A DNA stretch of 51,816 nucleotides from a virus (lineage: Duplodnaviria > Caudoviricetes): positions 1-51,816 of IMG/VR virus record IMGVR_UViG_3300005827_000005; one strand, 5' to 3'. The translations under genes and the position numbers were made by a program. Of the stretch, positions 38,201-47,018 are shown in pieces (positions within the stretch are counted from its first letter, which is position 1; every line of letters begins with the position of its first letter). The notes beneath the pieces are model-generated. The model ran no database searches, was not told the origin of the DNA, and saw only the letters and a list, made by a program, of their open reading frames with translations.

Positions 38201-39736
38201 ATGAGTAGTAATAAACCTAGACCATATCAAGAAAAAGCATTAACTCAAATAAGAAATGAATTTGAGAAAGGCAATAAAAAAGTGTTGCTACATATGAGTA
38301 CAGGTGGAGGTAAAACTTTAACTTTCTGCTGTATTTTAGCTGGTATTCAAAAGAAAAATAAAAAAGGAATAGTAGTTGTTAAAGGTAGAGATTTAGTTGA
38401 AAATGCAAGCAATAGATTAACTAGAGAAAATGTTAATCACGGTGTTTTAATGTCCGGACATTGGAAAAATTTACCGCATGAAAATATACAAGTTTGTAGT
38501 GTTGATACCTTATTTTCTCGTAAATTAATACCTGATGCTGATATTCTAATTATAGATGAAGCACAAGACGCTACAAGTAATAAGTACAAATGGCTAATCG
38601 AACAATATAAAGATAAATATATTCTTGGTGTTTCTGCTACACCACATGTTAAAACAGGTTTAAAACATATAGCAGATGTTGTTGTTAGGCCTATCACAAT
38701 AAACGAATTGATCGAACAAGGTTATCTAGTCAGACCTAGATATTATGCTCCGAGTAAAATTAATCTTAGTGGAATTTCTATAGATAAAAAAACAGGTGAT
38801 TATAAAATTGATGAGCTTGAAAAGGTTATGGATGACGTAAAAATCTATGGTGACTTGGTAGAGAATTATCGTAGGTATGCTTTTGGTAGAAAAGCAATTG
38901 TTTTTTGTGTTTCAATAGCTCATTCAAAAAGTGTTTGCGAGTATTTAAACAGTAACGGTATTAGGGCTGCACATGTTGACGCTAGTAGCTCAAGATCAGA
39001 TAGAGATATGGTTATTAAGCAAATAGAAAACGATGAAATAGATGTTGTTTGCAATGTGAATTTATTTTCTGTTGGCGTAGATATCCCTATTATCAGCTGC
39101 ATTATTCACGCTAGACCAACTAAAAGTTACAATTTTTGGATACAATCAAATGGACGTGCGACTAGACCTTTTGCAAATAAAAATGATTTTATTGTTTTAG
39201 ATCATGTCGGTAATATTTCAGAACATGGATTAATAGAAGATGAGCGAGAATGTTTACTGGAAGGCTGGAAACAAGACATACAAGTTGAATCAGTGACTAA
39301 CTGTGAAAGATGTTTTTCAGCATTTTCACCGAGAGAAAATTATTCATCTGTTATAAAATTTATTTTCGATAGCAATGAAAAAGAGTTTATAGAATTTTAC
39401 AATTCAAAAGATGTAAATATTAAGTATGGAGATAGAGCGTTTAGAAGTAAAAGATTATATTTTTGCTTGGAGTGTGGTTACAATAATACTCAGATAAATG
39501 AAGCAAAAGAACAAAATACTGAAGTCGGTGAAGATAAATTAAAAGAGATTTCGGAACATGATAAGTTGATGATAAAAGCAAAAACAAGACATAAAGAATT
39601 AAAGAAAATTAAAAAAGCAAAAGGATATAAAAGAGGTTGGATTAAACATATAATGGTAGCAGAGTTTGGAGTTGATATTGCAAATTTATTTGTAAATAAA
39701 ATAAAGTTACCAAAACATTTAGAGAGGTTTTTGTGA
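38201..39736 (+). CDS. SF2 (DEAD/DEAH-like) helicase with C-terminal Zn finger
   Basis: RPYQ, TGGGKT, DEAQ, SAT, GVDIP, QSNGRATR; CERC...CLEC. Confidence 0.92.
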   Translation: MSSNKPRPYQEKALTQIRNEFEKGNKKVLLHMSTGGGKTLTFCCILAGIQKKNKKGIVVVKGRDLVENASNRLTRENVNHGVLMSGHWKNLPHENIQVCSVDTLFSRKLIPDADILIIDEAQDATSNKYKWLIEQYKDKYILGVSATPHVKTGLKHIADVVVRPITINELIEQGYLVRPRYYAPSKINLSGISIDKKTGDYKIDELEKVMDDVKIYGDLVENYRRYAFGRKAIVFCVSIAHSKSVCEYLNSNGIRAAHVDASSSRSDRDMVIKQIENDEIDVVCNVNLFSVGVDIPIISCIIHARPTKSYNFWIQSNGRATRPFANKNDFIVLDHVGNISEHGLIEDERECLLEGWKQDIQVESVTNCERCFSAFSPRENYSSVIKFIFDSNEKEFIEFYNSKDVNIKYGDRAFRSKRLYFCLECGYNNTQINEAKEQNTEVGEDKLKEISEHDKLMIKAKTRHKELKKIKKAKGYKRGWIKHIMVAEFGVDIANLFVNKIKLPKHLERFL

Positions 39737-39889
39737 ATAATAAAAGTAAAATAGAATTAAAAGATTTACTTGAATTAGAGCGGATATCAAAAAGAACTCC
39801 AAGATTTGGATTTAATATTTTGATAATTTTCTTTTTTATGTCAATTTGCATTGTTTTATATAATATGTTTTTTTGATAAGGAATAAATT

Positions 39890-40528
39890 ATGCTGGAAGT
39901 AAAAGGTAAATTCATTGAACCACATTTTGTTAGTGAAGTTGGAATGATTGGGTTGACGTGCGTAGATATAGCTAGAGCTCTAGAAATAGACTTAAGAGAT
40001 TTACATAAAAAAATTAAAAGAGACACATGGACTAAAGATGAATCATGGAAACCAATTTCATATATTGTTAATAAAAATATTAAATCGGGGGCATATGTCC
40101 CAATGAAAAGAGAATCTTATTTTTTCTTTTCAATTCAAGGTGCTAAGGCGTTTGTAGCAAAATATAACAATAATGTTGGTGACTCTTATTTGAAGTTTCT
40201 TTTTGATTGTGAAGAAGCAGCTTTACATAAAATTCCACAGTTACAAAACATAATCAATCAATTATTAAACAAGAAAAAAGTTAAACATAAAAGAGGGTTG
40301 ATTGTAACAACTAAAGCAATAATCAGAAAAGGTTTGTTTGAACCAATTGTAGAAATAATAAAAGAAAAAGTGCTATTAGATGAATTGAGCTATGCTGAAC
40401 GTGAACAATGGGCTTTTCAACATAGATCATTAATAGCAGAAGGTTTAATGAGAAAGAATAATGAAAAAATTAGAGATTCAAAGATAATACCAATATCAAC
40501 ATCAACAATAAAAAAGAAAGATAAATAA
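39890..40528 (+). CDS. AntA-like antirepressor / DNA-binding protein
   Basis: DIARALE...YFFFSIQGAK...VGDSYLKFLFDCE resembles AntA/AntB. Confidence 0.6.
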   Translation: MLEVKGKFIEPHFVSEVGMIGLTCVDIARALEIDLRDLHKKIKRDTWTKDESWKPISYIVNKNIKSGAYVPMKRESYFFFSIQGAKAFVAKYNNNVGDSYLKFLFDCEEAALHKIPQLQNIINQLLNKKKVKHKRGLIVTTKAIIRKGLFEPIVEIIKEKVLLDELSYAEREQWAFQHRSLIAEGLMRKNNEKIRDSKIIPISTSTIKKKDK

Positions 40529-40728
40529 TGAGTAACCAAACTATACTTGCGATTATCATTAAGATTTGTGGAATAAGTGAAGTTGAAATGAAAAATAATA
40601 TGTTCGAGCAAGAAGAAAAATCTAGATGTTTTGCTATTGCTAATGTATGTGCGATAAATTATAGAGAGGCATTAGAATTTGAATCATGCTTAATTGAGAT
40701 AAAAAAGAACTCGGAGAAAAAGAAATGA
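40528..40728 (+). CDS. Hypothetical protein
   Basis: TAATG overlap. Confidence 0.6.
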   Translation: MSNQTILAIIIKICGISEVEMKNNMFEQEEKSRCFAIANVCAINYREALEFESCLIEIKKNSEKKK

Positions 40729-41180
40729 TTGATAGAGTATGCATTTGTATTTTAACTTTTTTGATTTGCTTTGTAATTATAATGACAATTAAATATTATG
40801 AAGAGTACAAGGTGTTAAAATTTAAATATGATAATTTGAAAGAATATGAAAAATATTTACAAGATAATATACGTAATTTAGAAGTAAATTTAACTAAAAC
40901 TCATTGTGAAAAAAGAGAACTAAATAAATTAATTGATGATTTAAAAAATACGTTTAATTCAGATGATATTAAGCTTAAAATTTTAGAATTAAAATCATTA
41001 GGAACAATGTCAAATGAATTGTGGTACAAGCCAAAGTTTTTTAAATTTAAAGATATTAGTGAAATTCATGAAGGAAAAATATATTATCCTTCAAAAAGAT
41101 TTTTTCATCAAAAAAATAATAATGCTATAGTAATTGGTGATAGTTGGGACAGTATGTATTTTCCAGTAAAGGATTTATAA
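40725..41180 (+). CDS. Membrane-anchored coiled-coil protein
   Basis: N-terminal TM segment and coiled coil; GGAG RBS. Confidence 0.7.
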   Translation: MIDRVCICILTFLICFVIIMTIKYYEEYKVLKFKYDNLKEYEKYLQDNIRNLEVNLTKTHCEKRELNKLIDDLKNTFNSDDIKLKILELKSLGTMSNELWYKPKFFKFKDISEIHEGKIYYPSKRFFHQKNNNAIVIGDSWDSMYFPVKDL

Positions 41181-41181
41181 A

Positions 41182-41976
41182 ATGGGATTTGTTAGCAGTT
41201 TATTTAGATTAATAAAGTCGATTTTTGGTTTGGCTGAAGGCGGAACAGATAGAGCAACAAAGAATCTTATCACGGCTTCTCCTGATATGATTAGAAATCA
41301 GTTTCAGAAAACAAGAAACGATTGGATTAAAGACTATGAAGAAATGAAAGAAGCTATTGCAGAATTGAAAGTTATAGCTAATCAAAAGAACGATGAATTA
41401 ATCGAGCTTGAAAAGAAGCAAATCAAGTATGAACAATTGATGATTGGAGCTATTGAGCAATTTAAAAAAACACAAGATGAAAATTTAAAAACTAAATATG
41501 CTCAATATGCAGAAATAAAAGAAGCTGTAGATAAAGAAATTTTAGAAACGAAAGAATTAATAGTTTCTCAAGAAAAATTAATAGACAGCTACACATTAAA
41601 ATTAAATGAATTAAAGGTAAACATAGATAATTTAAAGCAAGAAGAGGCTAAAACTATAGCTGAAATAACATCAAGTAGAAAAATTCAAAGTATTAACAAT
41701 AAACTTCAGGGATTAACTACTGATACTCAATCAAGAAATCTAGATGCAATCAGAGAAGAAGCAAAAAAAGCAAAAGCTATATCACAAATTTCTAGTAAAA
41801 TTTCTGGTGATGATGATAATGAGCAAGAAAAAATATTGCTAACATCTGCTAAAAGTTCTAAGTTTCTAGATGAATTTAATAAAGCAACAGCATTTGACGC
41901 TATATTTGTTGAAGAACCAAAAAAAATAAGCAGCGTTTCAAGTTCAGGCGATAAAATAGATAGTCTATTTTCGTAA
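41182..41976 (+). CDS. PspA/IM30/Vipp1 (ESCRT-III superfamily) protein
   Basis: Amphipathic MGFVSSLFRLIKSIFG, SPD hinge (cf. EDP), long helical hairpin. Confidence 0.75.
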   Translation: MGFVSSLFRLIKSIFGLAEGGTDRATKNLITASPDMIRNQFQKTRNDWIKDYEEMKEAIAELKVIANQKNDELIELEKKQIKYEQLMIGAIEQFKKTQDENLKTKYAQYAEIKEAVDKEILETKELIVSQEKLIDSYTLKLNELKVNIDNLKQEEAKTIAEITSSRKIQSINNKLQGLTTDTQSRNLDAIREEAKKAKAISQISSKISGDDDNEQEKILLTSAKSSKFLDEFNKATAFDAIFVEEPKKISSVSSSGDKIDSLFS

Positions 41977-41995
41977 ATATTAGGAGATTTTTAAA

Positions 41996-42601
41996 ATGAA
42001 TACAGAGGATTTAATGAAAAGAAATTATGTGTTATTAATTGACAAATCAGGAAGCATGAGCACCGTTGAAAACGGTAAATCACGTTGGGAAACTGCAAAA
42101 GAATCTACATTTGCTTTAGCCAGAAAATGTAGTGAGTTTGATCAAGATGGTATCGATGTATTTTTCTTTAATAGTAGTTTTAAAGAATACAACAACGTAA
42201 CTGCTGAAAAAGCACAAGACTTATTTAACCATGAAGAACCTATGGGTGGTACTGATTTTGTTCCAGTTCTTAAAAAGGCTTTTGAAAATCATTTCAAACA
42301 AAATGATAAACCAACAACTATCCTTGTTATTACTGATGGTGAACCTAGTGATGGTTTAACGGCTCAAAAAGCTACTGCTAAATTGATTGTTGAAACTTCA
42401 AACAAACTTGAAGCAGATGGTGATTTAAGTATTTCTTTCTTACAAGTTGGTAGTGATCCAGCAGCGGAAAAATTCTTGAAAACTCTTGATGATGATTTAC
42501 AAAAAGCTGGTGCTAAGTTTGATATCGTAGACACTAAGACATTTAAAGAATTAGAAAACATGTCTATTGTTGATGTTTTAATTGCATCTATTAACGACTA
42601 A
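41996..42601 (+). CDS. Stand-alone von Willebrand factor A (vWA) domain protein
   Basis: MIDAS DKSGS, GGT, ITDGEP, FLQVG. Confidence 0.9.
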   Translation: MNTEDLMKRNYVLLIDKSGSMSTVENGKSRWETAKESTFALARKCSEFDQDGIDVFFFNSSFKEYNNVTAEKAQDLFNHEEPMGGTDFVPVLKKAFENHFKQNDKPTTILVITDGEPSDGLTAQKATAKLIVETSNKLEADGDLSISFLQVGSDPAAEKFLKTLDDDLQKAGAKFDIVDTKTFKELENMSIVDVLIASIND

Positions 42602-42609
42602 ATTTTTTT

Positions 42610-42634
42610 AGCAGCCTTAATTGGCTGCTTTTTT
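42610..42634 (+). terminator. Rho-independent terminator
   Basis: AGCAGCC/GGCTGCT stem followed by a T run. Confidence 0.8.
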
Positions 42635-42646
42635 ATTGAGGTTATA

Positions 42647-42844
42647 TTGTCTGTTAAAATAAATAAAAATGATTATTATAACGCTATAAATTTATACTTA
42701 TGTTTTTGTGAACATTGTAGCAAGTTTGTAAAAGTTATTAGAATGAAAAAGTATAAGAATGCAATATGCTGTACTGAATGTGAATCTGATTTAGTGCATA
42801 TGCCAGAACTGGCAAAAATAAAAAAAATAATTGAGGTTATCTAG
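42647..42844 (+). CDS. Small Zn-ribbon protein
   Basis: CEHC...CTEC; GAGG RBS. Confidence 0.6.
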   Translation: MSVKINKNDYYNAINLYLCFCEHCSKFVKVIRMKKYKNAICCTECESDLVHMPELAKIKKIIEVI

Positions 42845-43023
42845 TGTCTGAAGAAAATAAAATAATTAGGTCTACTTTATTAATTCTCTTAGCTCGTATT
42901 CAAACAATCGAAGAAATAGTAATTGAACATGGCGGTGAACTAATAAAAAAAGAACTATCTGATAAATTCAATAGTAAATTAAAAGATTTGAAATTAGATA
43001 TTGGAAAGGATGTAAATGAATGA
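42844..43023 (+). CDS. Hypothetical protein (59 aa, not in ORF track)
   Basis: GAGG RBS, GTG start, fills the gap between neighbours. Confidence 0.5.
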   Translation: MSEENKIIRSTLLILLARIQTIEEIVIEHGGELIKKELSDKFNSKLKDLKLDIGKDVNE

Positions 43024-43204
43024 ACTAGTAGAAGAACTAAAGCTATTACTTACATTGAATACAGTTTTAATATTTATTTTATGCGGAATTATTATATTTT
43101 TAAATTACTCATATGATAAAAAATTAAAAATAGAAAAAGAACAAAACTACATTCTTAGAAATAAAATAAAACAATCAACACAATATATCACCTTGGAAAT
43201 ATGA
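43016..43204 (+). CDS. Small membrane protein
   Basis: One TM segment. Confidence 0.6.
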   Translation: MNELVEELKLLLTLNTVLIFILCGIIIFLNYSYDKKLKIEKEQNYILRNKIKQSTQYITLEI

Positions 43205-43297
43205 AGCGGATGGGGAATATATAAAATGCGCTGGTTGTGGGTTGATTGAATCTCAAGAATGGTGGCAAGATAAAGATTTGGAAAGGAATAATAAATA

Positions 43298-43582
43298 ATG
43301 TGGGAATATTACTATTATTTATCAAAAGAAACGATAGATGCATTTTATTTACTAGCAGTAGTCTGTTTCATGATATCTATTTTTATTTTTATATGTTTTT
43401 ATTCAGATAGGGAAAAAATAAATGATAAGGAAAAAATGGATATTATAATAATTATAAAAGTTATTGTTTTTATGTTTATATTATTTTTTTGTTTAGCTAC
43501 AATTTTACCGAGAAAACAGTTTGCAAAAAATAAAGCATGTGAAATAGAAAAAGTTGAATATTTATGTGAGGAGAAAGAATGA
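43298..43582 (+). CDS. Two-TM membrane protein
   Basis: Two hydrophobic segments; AAGGA RBS. Confidence 0.7.
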   Translation: MWEYYYYLSKETIDAFYLLAVVCFMISIFIFICFYSDREKINDKEKMDIIIIIKVIVFMFILFFCLATILPRKQFAKNKACEIEKVEYLCEEKE

Positions 43583-43857
43583 AAAAAATCTATAAAAAAG
43601 AACTAGAAGCTGCAAATATTATTTTAGAGTTGCCGCTTTTTTCAGAAATATTAGTAGCTCAAGAGCAAGATGGTTCAACTTTTATTTGGTACGAATTTGA
43701 TGAAGCATTTGAACAACAGTTATCAAAAGTTGAATTCTACATTCAAATTACGGGTTTTGGTATTGAAAGATCAGATAATTCAAAATATTTAAATTCAGTA
43801 TTTTTTAAGAATGGGTTTGTAGCTCATGTATATTATGAACGTAAATTAAAGGAGTGA
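43579..43857 (+). CDS. Conserved phage hypothetical protein
   Basis: KIYK...LP..SEIL..QEQ...IW...TG...YL....VAHVY pattern of a widespread phage family. Confidence 0.7.
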   Translation: MKKIYKKELEAANIILELPLFSEILVAQEQDGSTFIWYEFDEAFEQQLSKVEFYIQITGFGIERSDNSKYLNSVFFKNGFVAHVYYERKLKE

Positions 43858-43859
43858 TT

Positions 43860-44162
43860 ATGTTGAATAGAGAACACGCTAAACAAGCTATAGAGTATTT
43901 AAACGAACTTTTATTGTTAGATCATGATGCTATACAGAAATTGTTAATTGATAAAAGTGTAGCAGTGAATAGAGAAATTGCTAACCATCCTACAGCACAA
44001 GTTAGAACAGAAGATTTAGATTTAATTTTTCTATCTGTTCTTGGTTTGATAAATGGTATGTTCGGTATAGTCGGTGGTGATGGTAAACGAAGGAATTATG
44101 GGAATATTTCAGCCGTGCTTGAAGATGGTAAGATAGTTAGATTTCAAATAACTGAGGAGTGA
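43860..44162 (+). CDS. Hypothetical protein
   Basis: GGAG RBS; flanked by a 14-bp direct repeat; start refined from 43854. Confidence 0.7.
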   Translation: MLNREHAKQAIEYLNELLLLDHDAIQKLLIDKSVAVNREIANHPTAQVRTEDLDLIFLSVLGLINGMFGIVGGDGKRRNYGNISAVLEDGKIVRFQITEE

Positions 44163-44164
44163 TT

Positions 44165-44569
44165 ATGTTAGAATTTTTAGAAAATGTTAAAGATATTTTA
44201 GGCGAAAAAGTAATTGTAATGGATGAGTTAAGGGAGAAGTTTCCCGATAAATTTAATGAATCCGGTTCAATGGATTACAAATGGTTTAAAAAGGATATAA
44301 GACCTAATAATTTTATTTATGTTAGAAAAGATGTAAATTCAATTTCATTTACATTACAAAAAGGCGCAATAAAAGAAGTCGGTAAAAATGGTTGTGATGT
44401 GGCTTGTTTAATTGCAGCCGCTGGTGAGATGATTCAAAATGCTAATGAAAAATACCCATGTGACGAGAACGAAAAAGCTATTGAGCATTTAGAACAAGCT
44501 TTGCGATGGTTACGTGAAAGAACTAAAAATAGAGAACAGCGTGGCGTTGAAGGTACAAGTAATGTCTAA
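44165..44569 (+). CDS. tad1: Tad1-family (Thoeris anti-defence) nucleotide-sponge homolog
   Basis: LQKG..KE...NG...ENEKAIEHLEQALRWLRERTKNREQRGVEGT matches the recalled Tad1 pattern FQKG...REN..A.T..EEALMW..R...R..R.V.GT; start refined from 44159. Confidence 0.75.
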   Translation: MLEFLENVKDILGEKVIVMDELREKFPDKFNESGSMDYKWFKKDIRPNNFIYVRKDVNSISFTLQKGAIKEVGKNGCDVACLIAAAGEMIQNANEKYPCDENEKAIEHLEQALRWLRERTKNREQRGVEGTSNV

Positions 44570-44712
44570 TGGTGATGATGTAGATTTACAACAAGTTTAT
44601 GTGACTGGTATATATAAATCTATTGAATCTGTTAAACCTTGGAGTTTTCATTAAATTAATATCAAGGTTATAGATGCTACTATGACCTTGAAGTCATCAT
44701 TGGGTTGTTTGA

Positions 44713-45288
44713 ATGGTTGATGAAGAAAAATTATTTAAAATTTTAATCAGTGAATATATTCATAAAGATAAGTTTATTTTAACACATGGTAATAAAATAG
44801 GAAAAACTTTTTTGCAAAAATCATTCAAAGATAGGATAGAAAGCAATGAATATTTTAAATTGATAGGAGAAACAAAAATGAATACAGAATTTAATTTAAC
44901 GATAGGCCAAGCGATTGATTTGATGCAAGATGGTTATCCAGTGTGTAATGAGAAGAATCCTAAAATTAAATATTTTATGATAAATTCAATTATTAAGGCA
45001 CAAGATAATACTTATAGTGCTGAAGGAATAGCGTATGTCTCACTTGATTTTATTGAACGTAATTTAGGTTATTTTTTCAAAGAATATACCGATCCGAAAG
45101 AAGTAAAAATGATTACGTGGTATATACCTACTATTATTTGGCATAAGAACGCTTGGTTTCCACTATACGATGGTTCAAAATGTTATAAAAACAAAGATGA
45201 ATTTTTTACTGAATACTCTAAGAAAGAAATAAAAGTTCTTGAATGGAAAGAAATTCAAGCACCTGAAACTTGGGAGCAATGCGAATAA
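44713..45288 (+). CDS. Protein with Tad2/DUF2829-like N-terminal motif (likely internal start at 44878)
   Basis: AGGAG RBS before ATG 44878; LTIGQAIDLMQDG. Confidence 0.55.
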   Translation: MVDEEKLFKILISEYIHKDKFILTHGNKIGKTFLQKSFKDRIESNEYFKLIGETKMNTEFNLTIGQAIDLMQDGYPVCNEKNPKIKYFMINSIIKAQDNTYSAEGIAYVSLDFIERNLGYFFKEYTDPKEVKMITWYIPTIIWHKNAWFPLYDGSKCYKNKDEFFTEYSKKEIKVLEWKEIQAPETWEQCE

Positions 45289-45296
45289 GGATTAAG

Positions 45297-45458
45297 ATGA
45301 TGATGAAAGAAGATTGGTTAGGTTACGGTATTTTGATTGGTCTCTGTTTAGGATTAAATAAAAATGAGTCAATAATATATATAACAATAACACTAGCGAT
45401 AAATACAATAATCTATTCATTGATATTATATGGCTATAATAAACTAAGAAAAAGATAA
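45297..45458 (+). CDS. Small two-TM membrane protein
   Basis: AAGGA RBS; hydrophobic; start refined from 45270. Confidence 0.55.
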   Translation: MMMKEDWLGYGILIGLCLGLNKNESIIYITITLAINTIIYSLILYGYNKLRKR

Positions 45459-45473
45459 CTTTAAGGATTGTGA

Positions 45474-45674
45474 ATGAATGAATACGAAAAAGAACAAGAA
45501 TGGAAAAAGAAAGTAAATTTAAAAGAGTGTAATTGTTGTGAAACTTGCAAATACAGTACACCTATTGATGATCGAGAATCTATCTGTGAATTTGAAATAG
45601 AAATACATTATGTTTCTGATTTAAGTGTTTGCGATAATTTTTATAAGGATGAGGAAATAAATGAGCGAATTTAA
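45474..45674 (+). CDS. Small Cys-rich protein, copy 1
   Basis: CNCCETC...C...VCD; duplicated at 46129. Confidence 0.7.
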   Translation: MNEYEKEQEWKKKVNLKECNCCETCKYSTPIDDRESICEFEIEIHYVSDLSVCDNFYKDEEINERI

Positions 45675-45894
45675 TTTGACGATAGGCCAAGCGATTGATT
45701 TGATGATGCAAGGTAAACGAATGGTTTCAAATAACCACTCGGAGCACTTCTATTCTATGATAATAGACTTTCATCATGTACTTTTTACGGTAGATAATTT
45801 AGGAGGTGGTGGTGTTAGAACAGACTTAAACGTTGATTTTAAATCAATGTGGAGAGAATTTACTCCACCTGAAACTTTGGAGCAATGCGAATGA
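45661..45894 (+). CDS. Tad2/DUF2829-like small protein, paralog 2
   Basis: LTIGQAIDLMMQGKRMV resembles the F.EAL..LK.GK.V.R motif. Confidence 0.55.
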   Translation: MSEFNLTIGQAIDLMMQGKRMVSNNHSEHFYSMIIDFHHVLFTVDNLGGGGVRTDLNVDFKSMWREFTPPETLEQCE

Positions 45895-46118
45895 GTAATA
45901 TTATAGAAGATTCAGTTAAAATAGAAGCTATAAATAAAGTTACTGAATGTATACATGAGGCGAGAAAAATAGCTGTTAACTTCGATATCGATTTTGCTTG
46001 TATCGTTTTACTAGACGAAAAACGTGTATTAAATACGACAAACGGTGATTCTCTTAAAATACTAGGTCTTATTGATATTTTGAAAGATAGAATAATAAAC
46101 GAAACATTAACAAAATAG
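45891..46118 (+). CDS. Hypothetical protein
   Basis: ATGA overlap; start refined from 45885. Confidence 0.65.
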   Translation: MSNIIEDSVKIEAINKVTECIHEARKIAVNFDIDFACIVLLDEKRVLNTTNGDSLKILGLIDILKDRIINETLTK

Positions 46119-46128
46119 AGTTTATTAA

Positions 46129-46323
46129 ATGAATGAATACGAAAAAGAAAAAGAATGGAAAAAGAAAGTTAATTTAAAAGAGTGTAATTGTTGTGAGACT
46201 TGTAAATACAGTACGCCTATCGATGATCGAGAATCTATCTGTAAATTTGAAACAGAAATACATTATGTTTCCGATATAGTATTTGTGATAATTTTGATAA
46301 GGATGAAGATTACAGATGAGTGA
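46129..46323 (+). CDS. Small Cys-rich protein, copy 2 (1-nt deletion alters the C-terminus)
   Basis: Near-identical to 45474-45674 for the first 49 codons. Confidence 0.6.
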   Translation: MNEYEKEKEWKKKVNLKECNCCETCKYSTPIDDRESICKFETEIHYVSDIVFVIILIRMKITDE

Positions 46324-46774
46324 AGCAATTGAATTTAAAAAATGCAGCGTGTGTGAAGGTGAATTGAAAGATTATTTCTGGCATTTCACAACTAGTCAAT
46401 ACATGGTTGGAAAGTACCCAACAAAACAATTACAAGGTTATCATGGTCAAACACTTTGTCAAGAGTGTAACGAAGCGGCGTTAAATGCTTTGTATGATAG
46501 ATATCCAAACAAAGTTATACCAGACTTTTATTGTCCTAAGTGTAGTTATCTGCATTCAGACATTAAAATTAAAAGAGATGAAGAATTTTTAGAAATGATG
46601 TGCTTTGATTCTGTATGTGGTACATATCTGAAGGTTTATAAAAATGGTGATATTTCTAGATATGTTAATTTCGAGTGTAATGATTGTAGTCGTAAAGTTA
46701 CAAATCATTTTTACGGAATTGGCGGTAAAATAATTTGTCCCAAATGCTATAAGGAAAGAAATGAAAATACTTAA
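46316..46774 (+). CDS. Multi-Zn-finger protein
   Basis: Six CxxC-type pairs. Confidence 0.7.
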   Translation: MSEAIEFKKCSVCEGELKDYFWHFTTSQYMVGKYPTKQLQGYHGQTLCQECNEAALNALYDRYPNKVIPDFYCPKCSYLHSDIKIKRDEEFLEMMCFDSVCGTYLKVYKNGDISRYVNFECNDCSRKVTNHFYGIGGKIICPKCYKERNENT

Positions 46775-47018
46775 AGGACAGGATTTAAACGGTGAAATTT
46801 ATCATTTGAAATGCAAACATTATAAATGCAATGCAGAATTTGAATTTGAAGGATGGGAATTAAAACAAGAAATAGATGGTAATTACTACAATTATTTATT
46901 TACTTGTTTATTTTGTAAAACAGAAAATAAATATAGCGGTGGATTATTAGAACAATATATAGTGAAAACTGTAACAAAAGAAGTAAAATTAATGCATAAA
47001 AAAAAGAAAGAAGAATAA
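46761..47018 (+). CDS. Zn-ribbon protein
   Basis: CKHYKC...CLFC; AAGGA RBS. Confidence 0.65.
   Translation: MKILKGQDLNGEIYHLKCKHYKCNAEFEFEGWELKQEIDGNYYNYLFTCLFCKTENKYSGGLLEQYIVKTVTKEVKLMHKKKKEE

Noticed and set aside
45474-46323. Diversity-generating retroelement TR/VR pair
   Set aside because: Differences between the copies are not adenine-specific and are mostly synonymous; no reverse transcriptase is present
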